Assembly: GCA_965279375.1 (NCBI GenBank)
Contig: OZ257156.1
Coordinates: forward strand, 352,001-416,000
Origin: Gemmatimonas sp.
GTDB lineage: Bacteria > Gemmatimonadota > Gemmatimonadetes > Gemmatimonadales > Gemmatimonadaceae
Length of the DNA stretch: 64,000 nucleotides
Direction of reading: 5' to 3'
Positions 37,199-46,230 of this stretch are shown here, piece by piece (within the stretch, counting starts at the first letter, position 1; the number at the start of each line of letters is the position of its first letter). A program made the position numbers and the translations under genes. The notes under the pieces were generated by a model, which was not told the origin of the DNA, searched no databases, and saw nothing but the letters and a program-made list of their open reading frames with translations.

Positions 37199-38752
37199 AT
37201 GGATCGTCGCGATTTCCTCGTCGATGTCACGCGCGCAGCGGCCCTCTGTGCCGTCGTCCCCAACGTCTGGCGCGTCAGCAACCGCGCGCGCTTCGTAGAC
37301 AATCCATTCACGCTTGGGGTTGCGTCCGGCGACCCCACCGCAACGGGTGGCGTCCTTTGGACACGGCTCGCCCCACGACCGCTGGAAGCCGAAGGCGGCA
37401 TGGACGGCACGCGCGTCACGGTGACGTGGGAAGTGGCCGACGACGAGAACTTCAAGACCATCGTCAAGTCCGGTCGCGCGACCGCCGCGCCGGAGCTCTC
37501 GTACAGCGTCCACATCGACGTGGACGGACTCGCCCCCGATCGCTGGTACTTCTATCGCTTCTCCAGCGGCACCGCGACCGCCGGCGCCACAAGCCCGGTG
37601 GGCCGCTTCCGCACCACGCCCGCGGCAGGCGTCATCTCCCCGCTCAGCCTCGCCTTCGCCTCGTGCCAGCACTGGGAGCAGGGGCTCTTCACCGCCCACG
37701 GCCACATGGCCCGCGAGAACGCCGACCTCGTCGCGTTCCTCGGCGACTACTTCTACGAGTACGGCGGCTCCGAGGGCGCAGTGCGCAAGCACGTCGGACT
37801 CGAGATCCGCACGCTCGACGACTACCGCCGCCGCTACGCGCTCTACAAAGGCGACGTCAACCTGCAGGCCTCGCACGCCATGTGCCCATGGATCGTGGTG
37901 TGGGACGATCACGAGTTCGACAACAACTACGCCGGACTCAATGGCGAGAACAACATGGAGTCGGAAGAGCAGATGCACACACGTCGCGCTGCCGCGTATC
38001 AGGCGTGGTGGGAGCATCAGCCGGTGCGTGTGCCGCGCGTCAAGTCGTGGGCCGATCTCAACATCACGCGCCAGATCGAATGGGGCGGCCTCGCCAGCTT
38101 CTGGATGCTCGACACCCGCCAGTATCGCAACGATCAGGCGTGTGGCGATGGCACCAAGCGCGTGCCGTGCGGCGAGTGGGCCGATCCATCGCGCACGCTC
38201 ATGGGCGACGCGCAGGAGAAGTGGCTGCTCAACGGTGTCGGCGCCTCCAAGGCCAAGTGGCAGGTGCTCGCCAATCAGGTGATGATGGCGCCGTACGACA
38301 ATGATCCGACCGATGCGGTCATGGTCTCGATGGATCAGTGGAGCGGCTATCCCGTCGCGCGCGATCGCCTGCTCAAGGGGCTCGCCGATCGCGCGCCCAA
38401 TCGCACCGTCGTTATCACGGGCGACATCCACACGAACTGGGTGAACGAGCTGCACAGCGATTTCTCGCGTCCAGATCGCCCGATCACCGGCGCCGAGTTC
38501 GTGGCGACGAGCATTTCCTCGGGCGGGGACGGCGTGGCCGTGCTTCCCGCCAACGCCAAGGCGTCACTCGCGGCCAACCCGCACATCAAGTGGCACAGTC
38601 GGCAGCGCGGCTACGTGACGTGCAAGGTGGACGCGAGCACTTGGCACACGGAGTATCGCACGGTGCCGTTCGTGACCAAGCCGGACGCACCGATTGAAAC
38701 GCCGAGCAAGTGGCGGGTGGAGCATGGGAAGGCGGGGATCACCGCCGTTTAA
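37199..38752 (+). CDS. phoD: Alkaline phosphatase D (Tat-exported)
   Basis: MDRRDFL Tat motif; FTLGVASGDP, LWTR, FASC, LGDYFYE, WDDHE, DTRQYR, DQWSGY, TGDIH. Confidence 0.93.
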   Translation: MDRRDFLVDVTRAAALCAVVPNVWRVSNRARFVDNPFTLGVASGDPTATGGVLWTRLAPRPLEAEGGMDGTRVTVTWEVADDENFKTIVKSGRATAAPELSYSVHIDVDGLAPDRWYFYRFSSGTATAGATSPVGRFRTTPAAGVISPLSLAFASCQHWEQGLFTAHGHMARENADLVAFLGDYFYEYGGSEGAVRKHVGLEIRTLDDYRRRYALYKGDVNLQASHAMCPWIVVWDDHEFDNNYAGLNGENNMESEEQMHTRRAAAYQAWWEHQPVRVPRVKSWADLNITRQIEWGGLASFWMLDTRQYRNDQACGDGTKRVPCGEWADPSRTLMGDAQEKWLLNGVGASKAKWQVLANQVMMAPYDNDPTDAVMVSMDQWSGYPVARDRLLKGLADRAPNRTVVITGDIHTNWVNELHSDFSRPDRPITGAEFVATSISSGGDGVAVLPANAKASLAANPHIKWHSRQRGYVTCKVDASTWHTEYRTVPFVTKPDAPIETPSKWRVEHGKAGITAV

Positions 38753-38787
38753 CTGCCGGTAGCGTTCGCACCATCGGAGCCGTCGCG

Positions 38788-38811
38788 CGCTATCGGATCG
38801 CTATCGGATCG
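38788..38811. repeat. 11-bp direct duplication at a convergent gene junction
   Basis: cgctatcggat x2 plus cg, abutting the antiporter stop codon. Confidence 0.7.
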
Positions 38812-40623
38812 TTAGCGTCGCGACGGCTCTTTCGTACTCGGCGTCAACGACGGCATCAGTGAACTGAACTCGCGCGTCTGCATCCGCGCGCCGCCGCGCA
38901 GTTGCTCCACCACTTCGTCGGCACTGTCGTCGCTCACACCGAGCGACCGCAGGCTGTGGTACGCCATGCCAAACGCGAGTTCGCGTTCGCCCATCAGCGC
39001 CTTGGTCACGTTGAGCGCTTCGAAGAGCTGCTGTTCCTGATCGCTGTGCGTGCGCACCACAATCTCGATGTCGGGATTGCGCGCGCGCGCCAGCGTGATG
39101 ATGTGCCGCGCGTGATACGGATCTGGTGCCGCGATCACCAGCAGCTTGGCGTTCTCCGGATGTGTGTATTCGAGAATGCCCGGACGCGTCGCGTCGCCGT
39201 AGATGGTCGCAACGCCAGTCGTGCGCATCGCCTCCACTACTCGCCGATCCTGCTCCACCGCGACGAACGGAATGCCATAGCGCTGCAGCGCGTCGCCAAT
39301 AGTGCGCCCCACCCGACCATAGCCCACCACGATCGCATGATTGGGCACCATCACCACGTGCAGATCGGTCACCACCAGACTCGGCTCCTTCTGCCGTTCT
39401 AGTCGCTCCAGCAGACCGGGCTTGCTGGAGATCCAGTTGCCCACCACATCCGCCAGCCAGAAGAGCAGCGGATTGAGCACGATGGTGACCAGTGCGGACG
39501 CGAGAATGAGACTGCGCCCGGTCTCCGACAGCACACCGAGCGACACGCCGAGCGCGGCGAGAATGAAGGAGAACTCGCCGATCTGTCCGAGGCTCGCGCC
39601 CAGTCGCAGCGAAGCGCCCAGTGGATGCCGCAACAGCACCATCAGCACGGTCGAGACGAGTCCGTTGGCAATCAGCACGACGGCCACGGTGCTGAACACC
39701 TTCACCGGCTCCTGCACCAACACCAGCGGATCGATCAGCATGCCCACCGACACGAAGAACAGGACGGCGAATGCGTCCTGCAGCGGCAGCGCGTCGGCCG
39801 CGGCGCGATAGCTCAGGTCCGACTCGCTGATCACCACACCGGCGACGAACGCGCCCAACGCGAACGACACGCCAAACAACGACGCGGCGCCAACGGCCAC
39901 GCCCAATGCGACCGCCAGCACCGCCAGCGTGAACAGCTCGCGGGAGCCGCTGCGCGCGACGTGCATCAGCAGCCACGGCACCGCGCGACGCCCAACGATG
40001 CTCATCAGCCCGATGAAGGCCATAACCTTGAGCAAGGTCAGCGTGATCACCCACGCCACACTGCTGGTGGGCGACGTGCTGCTCAGCGGCGACGCGCCAA
40101 GCGCGGTGAGCACCGTTGGGAGCAGCACGAGCACGATGACGACGGCGAGATCTTCCACCACGAGCCAGCCTACGGCGATACGTCCGTCCACCGAGTCGAG
40201 CAGACCGCGCGCTTCGAGCACACGCAGCACCACCACCGTGCTGGACACGGACAGCGCGAGGCCAAATACCAGTGCAGCGGCCGGCGCCCATCCCCACGAC
40301 AGCGCCAGCCAGCCACCCAATGCAGTGGCGACGAGCATTTGCAGCAGCGCACCCGGAAGCGCGATACGCCGCACGCGCATCAAGTCGCCGGGCGAGAAGT
40401 GCAACCCGACGCCAAACATCAGCAGAATCACGCCGATCTCGGCGAGCTGACCGGCCAGCTCCACGTCGCCCACGAACCCCGGCGAGTGCGGCCCGATGAC
40501 GATACCGGCGAGCAGATAGCCCACGAGCGGCGGCAGTCCCACGCGGGAGGCCACGAAGCCAAGCACGAATGCGACCGCGAACGCGCCCGCGAGGGTGAAC
40601 AGCAACGCCGTGTGTGGATTCAT
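38812..40623 (-). CDS. ybaL: CPA2 cation:proton antiporter with TrkA-N domain (YbaL/RosB-like)
   Basis: LAEIGVILLMFGVGLHFS, SSTVV, LVVEDL, LGAFVAG, DAFAVLFFVSVG, QIGEFSFI, GYGRVG. Confidence 0.88.
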   Translation of the reverse strand: MNPHTALLFTLAGAFAVAFVLGFVASRVGLPPLVGYLLAGIVIGPHSPGFVGDVELAGQLAEIGVILLMFGVGLHFSPGDLMRVRRIALPGALLQMLVATALGGWLALSWGWAPAAALVFGLALSVSSTVVVLRVLEARGLLDSVDGRIAVGWLVVEDLAVVIVLVLLPTVLTALGASPLSSTSPTSSVAWVITLTLLKVMAFIGLMSIVGRRAVPWLLMHVARSGSRELFTLAVLAVALGVAVGAASLFGVSFALGAFVAGVVISESDLSYRAAADALPLQDAFAVLFFVSVGMLIDPLVLVQEPVKVFSTVAVVLIANGLVSTVLMVLLRHPLGASLRLGASLGQIGEFSFILAALGVSLGVLSETGRSLILASALVTIVLNPLLFWLADVVGNWISSKPGLLERLERQKEPSLVVTDLHVVMVPNHAIVVGYGRVGRTIGDALQRYGIPFVAVEQDRRVVEAMRTTGVATIYGDATRPGILEYTHPENAKLLVIAAPDPYHARHIITLARARNPDIEIVVRTHSDQEQQLFEALNVTKALMGERELAFGMAYHSLRSLGVSDDSADEVVEQLRGGARMQTREFSSLMPSLTPSTKEPSRR

Positions 40624-40640
40624 GCCGGACAGATCAGGAT

Positions 40641-41147
40641 TCAGGAGGTGCGACGCGCTTCGAACACCAGTTCCAGCAACACCGTGTCGCGCCACACGCC
40701 GAGGCGCTGCGCGATGCGGTCCCGACGCCCCACCACGCGGAAGCCAAGTCGCGTGTGCAGCGCCACGCTGGCCGCATTCTCAGGAAAGATGGACGACTGC
40801 AGCGTCCAAAAGCCGGCGAGCTCGGCCCGCGCGATGAGCGACGTGAGCAGTGCACGACCTGTGCCGCGCCCGCGTGCGCCATCGGCCACATACACGCTCA
40901 CTTCAGCCACCCCCGCGTACACCGCACGCCGCGAGATCGGCGAGAGCGCGGCCCACCCCGTCACGCGCTCGCCGTCCACCGCGACCAGTCGCGGCGCAGG
41001 CACGTGTGAAGCGTCCCACTCATCCCACGTCGGGACCTCCGTATTGAACGTTGCCTGCCCGGTCGCCATCCCCTCGGCGTAGATGCGCGCGACGTCGGGC
41101 CAGTCGGCCGGCGTCATCTCGCGAAGCTGGGGTGGGGAAAGCGTCAT
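40641..41147 (-). CDS. GNAT N-acetyltransferase (Pat/MddA-like)
   Basis: IYAEGM.TGQATF, EVSVYV...RGRGTG, ENAASVALH..LGF..VG, WRDTV. Confidence 0.88.
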   Translation of the reverse strand: MTLSPPQLREMTPADWPDVARIYAEGMATGQATFNTEVPTWDEWDASHVPAPRLVAVDGERVTGWAALSPISRRAVYAGVAEVSVYVADGARGRGTGRALLTSLIARAELAGFWTLQSSIFPENAASVALHTRLGFRVVGRRDRIAQRLGVWRDTVLLELVFEARRTS

Positions 41148-41235
41148 GATCCGAGGCAATGTGCCCCCGCTGCGAGGGCGTGTGCAAGAAATCCGGGCAC
41201 TGGCGTCTCCTGTGCGAACCCGACCTGGAGTCGTC

Positions 41236-43542
41236 ATGCGCCTGAACCGAATTGCCCTCAAGCTCGCCGCCACGCTGCTCCCTGCGCTGCTCCCCGCGAT
41301 TGCGGACGCGCAGGGGCGATTGATCGCACCGATCTGCGGGCGACCGTGCCCGCCCACTGCCATCTGCGAGATTCCGCGCCCGGACCCGGTGCGCGACGAG
41401 CCGATACAGGCCGTCCGCTGCGGTGCGCGCGTCGAGAAGCGCTCGAGCGTCACACGCGTGCAGTTGGTGGATCGCGTGCTGCGTTACGAAGTGACCGAGG
41501 TGTTCCGCAACGAAGGGAGCGCGGTTGGCGAGGCGGACTACATGTTTCCGCTGCCGGCCGGTGCGGCGTTCGAAGATCTCAAGCTCTCCATCAACGGCGA
41601 GCTCGTGTCCGGCGAAACGCTGAGCGCTGACCGTGCACGCGGCATCTACGAGGAGATCGTGCGCAAGCAGCGCGATCCGGCGCTGGTGGAATGGATGGGC
41701 AGCGGCATGCTGCGCGCGCGCATTTTTCCGATCGCGCCCGGCGAAGACAAGAAGGTCGTCGTACGCTTTCAGAGCGTGGCCGCGCGTGAAGGGGACGCGC
41801 TGCGCATCGACTATCGACGCAGCGGCGACTTCTCGCTCAGCTATCCACGCAACGACCAATTCGGCGAAGCGTATTCACCTACGCATCTGCTGCGCACCCG
41901 CGACGACGGACGCGTGCGCGTCGTGACTGCCGAAGGGAGCGCGACCGACCTGACGATTCTGCTGCCGCTACGCCGTGCGGACGCGGCCGGCATGAGCGTG
42001 CTCACGCACGGTGGCAGCAACGGTAGCGATGGCGCTGGCTTCGCGATGCTCACCATCACGCCGCCGTCGGCACCGGCACGCGCCACGCCGCGCGATCTTG
42101 CCTTTGTGCTGGACGTGTCCGGCTCGATGAGCGGCCGCAAGTTGGAGCAGGCAAAGGCTGCGGGACACGCGCTGCTCAACTCGCTGCGCCCCGCGGATCG
42201 CTTTCGCCTCATCGATTTCTCGACCGACGTACGCGCCTTTCGCGATCGCTGGGTAAATGCCACGCCCACGCAGGTGAACGAAGCGCATCGATATCTCGAT
42301 AGGCTCAACGCGGAAGGCTCCACCAACATCAGCGAGGCGCTGCGTACGGCGCTCGACTGTCTCGCATCCACCGGATCGGAGCGATTGCCGCTGGTGGTGT
42401 TCGTGACAGACGGAGAGCCGACGGTGGGCGAGCGCAACCCAGACGTCATCGCGGCGTCGGCCGCACGCCTGCGCGGTGATGCGCGCGTCTTCACCGTTGG
42501 CGTGGGCACCGGCGTAAACGCCACGCTGGTGGAGCAGCTCGCACTGCAGGGACGCGGCACAGCGCACTTCGTGCGCGACGACGAATCGGTGGAAGCGCCG
42601 GTCTCGCTGCTTGCGCGTCGTTTGTCGGAGCCGCTGCTGACGGATGTGAAGTTGAGTGCCACCGGCGTACGGCTGTCTCGCGTGATGCCCAACGGCCCCA
42701 TCGATGTGTTTGCCGGGCAGGATCTTGTGGTGCTGGCACGCTACGATGGCAGCGGCGACGCGGTCATCCGTCTCGAAGGGCGTTCGGCGACCGGTCCAGT
42801 CACCTGGACTACGCGCGCGCGATTCGATGCACGTTCCAGCGCCAACCCGTTCGTGGCGCGCCTCTGGGCGGCACAGCGCATCGGATGGCTCGCGGCGGAG
42901 AAGCGGCGCAGCGGCGGCACGAGCGAGATGGACGCGGAGATTCGCACACTCGGCGAGCGCTATGGCATTCCCACGGAGTTTTCTTCGTATCTCGTGCTGG
43001 AGCCCGGCATGACCGTGGGTAACCTCGCGCAGCCGCAGTCGGTGGATCGCAGCATGAGTCGTGGCGTGCTGGGCGCCGTCACACGCAGCGCCAAGACGTC
43101 GAGTGCGCCCATGCCGAGCGCTGTGGCGACCAGTGCACCCGCAGCTGCCCCCGCTGATTCGCGTTCTGATGCACGCTTTGAAGCCGCACGCGGTGCGGCA
43201 ATGCAGCGCGACGCCAAGTCCGTGGCGATGCTCGACAATCTGGCGGAATCGGATGCTCGGAGTGGCGAGCGCACCACACGCGTGGTCGGCAATCGGCGAC
43301 TGTCGCTCGCGTCGGGGGTATGGACCGATGCACGTTTCACCAATGCGATGCGCGTGGTGCGCGTGCGCCCCTTCTCCGTCCTCTACTTCGAACTGCTGCG
43401 ACGCATGCCCGACCTGCAGGATGTCTTCGCACTCGGTGACCGCGTGATCGTCGCCGGCCGCACCGTCGCCATCGAGTTGGCCGCAGACGGCGCGGAACGC
43501 GTGGACGCCGCGCAGTTGGCCGCACTGCAGCGCGACTGGTAA
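41236..43542 (+). CDS. Exported VIT + vWA domain protein
   Basis: Signal peptide; VIT EVFRN...YMFPLP..A; MIDAS DVSGSM...GSTNI...VTDG; FSSYLVLE; GGAG RBS. Confidence 0.88.
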   Translation: MRLNRIALKLAATLLPALLPAIADAQGRLIAPICGRPCPPTAICEIPRPDPVRDEPIQAVRCGARVEKRSSVTRVQLVDRVLRYEVTEVFRNEGSAVGEADYMFPLPAGAAFEDLKLSINGELVSGETLSADRARGIYEEIVRKQRDPALVEWMGSGMLRARIFPIAPGEDKKVVVRFQSVAAREGDALRIDYRRSGDFSLSYPRNDQFGEAYSPTHLLRTRDDGRVRVVTAEGSATDLTILLPLRRADAAGMSVLTHGGSNGSDGAGFAMLTITPPSAPARATPRDLAFVLDVSGSMSGRKLEQAKAAGHALLNSLRPADRFRLIDFSTDVRAFRDRWVNATPTQVNEAHRYLDRLNAEGSTNISEALRTALDCLASTGSERLPLVVFVTDGEPTVGERNPDVIAASAARLRGDARVFTVGVGTGVNATLVEQLALQGRGTAHFVRDDESVEAPVSLLARRLSEPLLTDVKLSATGVRLSRVMPNGPIDVFAGQDLVVLARYDGSGDAVIRLEGRSATGPVTWTTRARFDARSSANPFVARLWAAQRIGWLAAEKRRSGGTSEMDAEIRTLGERYGIPTEFSSYLVLEPGMTVGNLAQPQSVDRSMSRGVLGAVTRSAKTSSAPMPSAVATSAPAAAPADSRSDARFEAARGAAMQRDAKSVAMLDNLAESDARSGERTTRVVGNRRLSLASGVWTDARFTNAMRVVRVRPFSVLYFELLRRMPDLQDVFALGDRVIVAGRTVAIELAADGAERVDAAQLAALQRDW

Positions 43543-43549
43543 GGGACGC

Positions 43550-44089
43550 ATGGAAGACGAAGCCCTCGAACGCCTGTTCAAGCTCTATCACCAACCGCTC
43601 GTGCGCTATCTCACGCGGCGACTGGGCGACAGGGACTGGGCCGAGGAGGTCGCGCAGGAGACGTTCCTGCGCGCCCTCGGGCAGGACTCGCTTCAGAGCG
43701 AGCGTTCGTGGCTCTTCGCGGTAGCGACCAATCTCGTGCGCGACGAGGCCCGCAAGGACACGCGGCGTCGCTCGCGACTGCAGCAGCTCACGCTGGAATC
43801 ACGCGTGGAGCAGGAAGTGCACACGGTCGAGGATGACGCCGAGCAGACCGCTGAACGTGCGCATGAACGCGCCTTGGCGCGGAAAGCCGTGGACGCATTG
43901 GCGGAAAAGGATCGGCTCGCATTGTTGATGCGCGAAGAAGGGTTGGACTACGGAGAGATTGCCGCCGCGCTGGGGCTCTCGGTCGGCTCGGTGGGGACCA
44001 CGTTGTCGCGGGCGCGTCGTCGATTGACGGAGCACTACGAATCCATGCAGTCGGCGCAGGGGACGGGAGGAGCAGATGCAGCATCCTGA
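43550..44089 (+). CDS. ECF sigma-70 factor
   Basis: AEEVAQETFLR, WLFAVATNL, EGLDYGEIAAALGLSVGSVGTTLSRARRRL. Confidence 0.9.
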   Translation: MEDEALERLFKLYHQPLVRYLTRRLGDRDWAEEVAQETFLRALGQDSLQSERSWLFAVATNLVRDEARKDTRRRSRLQQLTLESRVEQEVHTVEDDAEQTAERAHERALARKAVDALAEKDRLALLMREEGLDYGEIAAALGLSVGSVGTTLSRARRRLTEHYESMQSAQGTGGADAAS

Positions 44090-45329
44090 TGAAGGCACCG
44101 TGCACGCGTGGCTGGACGATGCGCTGTCGGCGGAGGAAGCGCAGGCGCTCGAGACGCACGTAGCGTCGTGCGCGGAGTGCGCGGCGATGGTGGCGGAGGC
44201 GCGCGGACTGATCGCATCGGCGTCGCGGATCGTGCGGCAGTTGGATGGCGTGCCGGCCAAGGTGATACCCATCGCGTCGGCCAAGCGCGCGCCGGCGACT
44301 CGTTCGTGGACACGCTACTCCGGTCTGGCCGCTGCAACGCTGTTCGTGGCGACCACGGCGACGTGGGTGGCCGTGCGGGACAAGGGCGCGATCGGGGTGA
44401 CGGTGCCGTCGGTGGCGATGGAGTTCGACGCGTCGAAAGCCGCGCCGATGGCCGCCGACTCTGCTGCGCCGGCGCGATCGCCAATGCCGTCACCCGCGCC
44501 GTCTGCCATCGCCGATGCCGCGCCCGTTGCGCAGTCGCTCAAGTCAGCGCCGGCGCGTGAGAGCGTGGGTCGTGTGGCACAATCACTTGCCGATCGACGC
44601 AGCGAGGCGGTCGCCGCGCCGATGGCCGCCGCGCCGGCGGCAATAGCGCCGGCGACCACGGCCTCTGCGATGCCGGCGGCCGCCGTCGCGGCACGCATGT
44701 CCGTCGAGACGGCGAACGAAGCTCCGGTCTCGCTCGCGGGCTGCTATCGCCTCATGTCCATCGCAGCCACCGGAAACAGTGTGGCCACAACGCTCCGTCT
44801 CACCGACTCGCTCACTCCGTCGGACGCCGCCAAACGCGCCGACGCCACGCCCATCGATCGCCTCGTCGGCACGTACATCGGCTACGCGACGGGACTTGGT
44901 CCTGCAATGGCGCTGGCCGAACGCGTACAAGCCAGTGCGAAGGCGAATGACGCTGCGCTGGGCGCAGCGACTCGCGCCTCGCCAGCGGCCCCACCTGCTG
45001 CCGCGCGCACGGCAACCACGCGCTCCGCGATGGCGTCGGCTGCGGCACCAGCTGCAGCACCAGCTGCGGCTCCGGCGCTCGTACTCAACGCCAACGCGAT
45101 GATTCGCTGGTCACCCGCCGGCGACGGTCTCGTGCGCGTGCTGCTCGCCGATAAGTCCACGCTCCTGATACGACTCACGGCCGACGCCGCGGCGAGAGCC
45201 GCTGACATCAGCCGTGATCGAGATGCGTCTGCTACTGCGACTGCTACTGCTACTGCTACTGCTACTGCTACTGCTGCATCTGGGCCAACGGTGCAGTTCA
45301 CCGCGACACGCGTGAGCTGCCCGCAGTAA
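44076..45329 (+). CDS. Membrane-spanning zf-HC2 anti-sigma factor with Ala/Pro-rich extracytoplasmic region
   Basis: HPDEGTVHAWLD...HVASCAEC, TM helix, low-complexity linker; GGAGGA RBS, overlaps the sigma gene. Confidence 0.85.
   Translation: MQHPDEGTVHAWLDDALSAEEAQALETHVASCAECAAMVAEARGLIASASRIVRQLDGVPAKVIPIASAKRAPATRSWTRYSGLAAATLFVATTATWVAVRDKGAIGVTVPSVAMEFDASKAAPMAADSAAPARSPMPSPAPSAIADAAPVAQSLKSAPARESVGRVAQSLADRRSEAVAAPMAAAPAAIAPATTASAMPAAAVAARMSVETANEAPVSLAGCYRLMSIAATGNSVATTLRLTDSLTPSDAAKRADATPIDRLVGTYIGYATGLGPAMALAERVQASAKANDAALGAATRASPAAPPAAARTATTRSAMASAAAPAAAPAAAPALVLNANAMIRWSPAGDGLVRVLLADKSTLLIRLTADAAARAADISRDRDASATATATATATATATAASGPTVQFTATRVSCPQ
45231..45275 (+). repeat. In-frame hexanucleotide microsatellite (GCTACT)7 encoding (Ala-Thr)7
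   Basis: gctact gcgact gctact gctact gctact gctact gctact gct. Confidence 0.9.
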
Positions 45330-45340
45330 CCCAGCACGCC

Positions 45341-46102
45341 TTATCCCGGGCCTCCGCCCGGCAGGTGCGCAAACACTTTGCCCATGAAACCGAACATGTC
45401 CTGGTCGGGCGTGTTCGGCAGCTTCTGCGCCAACGCGGCCCCTTCGTGCTGGTACATCGTGCGCACGTTCTGGGCGATCTCGCGATTGCCCCCCGTGAAC
45501 TCGTTCACCAGCCCACGCCAACGCTCGGCGAGTGCCAGCAGCTCGGGATCGTTCGTTGCGGTGCCCTTGGCCATGTGCTCGCGCACGGCGGGGATGATCT
45601 CGCCCCACTCCGCGGCCACCTGATCCATCCGCTCCTGACTCACCGACTGTCGGCGCTGCTCCAGCTCCGCGAGTTGCTCGGTCGTGAAATACTTCTCCAT
45701 GATTTGCATGTCCTCGATGATGCGATAGAGATCTTCCGTGGAGATCGTCTTCGCCGTGTCCAAGTGATGCGCCAGCCGTCGCAACCGATCCGCGAGCCGC
45801 TGTTGCAGAGCGATCTGCATCTGAATGCGGTCGAGGTGCAGTTGAATCACGCGCTGTGCGGTGAGATCCGGTTGGTCCAGCAGCTGCCGGATCTCGTCGA
45901 GTGGAATACCGGTCATGCGCAACGACTGGATCTGTTGCAATCGCGACACGTCTGCATGCGCATACAGCCGATGTCCCGACGCCGTCCGCTGCGAGGGATG
46001 CAACAGACCGATCTCGTCGTAGTGATGCAGCGTGCGAACTGACAGCCCCGTCCGACGGGCCAACACGCCAACCTTGATGGGGACTGACCCTTCCGCTGAC
46101 AT
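45341..46102 (-). CDS. MerR-family regulator with TipAS/AlbA-like drug-binding domain
   Basis: VRTLHHYDEIGLL.PS.RT.SGHRLY HTH; C-terminal MEKYFT.EQL...W...LAERW..L...FTGG; AAGGAG RBS. Confidence 0.88.
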   Translation of the reverse strand: MSAEGSVPIKVGVLARRTGLSVRTLHHYDEIGLLHPSQRTASGHRLYAHADVSRLQQIQSLRMTGIPLDEIRQLLDQPDLTAQRVIQLHLDRIQMQIALQQRLADRLRRLAHHLDTAKTISTEDLYRIIEDMQIMEKYFTTEQLAELEQRRQSVSQERMDQVAAEWGEIIPAVREHMAKGTATNDPELLALAERWRGLVNEFTGGNREIAQNVRTMYQHEGAALAQKLPNTPDQDMFGFMGKVFAHLPGGGPG

Positions 46103-46169
46103 CCTGCGCTCCTTCAATGCAACCGGTGAATACGGTTCCGGTGAAACGGTCCTGCGTGGCCACGAGGAC

Positions 46170-46200
46170 ATGCTACGCCCTCACGTTGCGTGAGGTGCAA
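46170..46200 (-). promoter_or_regulatory. MerR-type promoter with 19-bp spacer and TipA-like dyad operator
   Basis: Minus strand TTGCAC-CTCACGCAACGTGAGGGCG(19)-TAGCAT; dyad CCTCACG-N3-CGTGAGG at 46179-46195. Confidence 0.85.
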
Positions 46201-46230
46201 GGGGGGCACGCAAAGTTGTTTCGACGCGAC

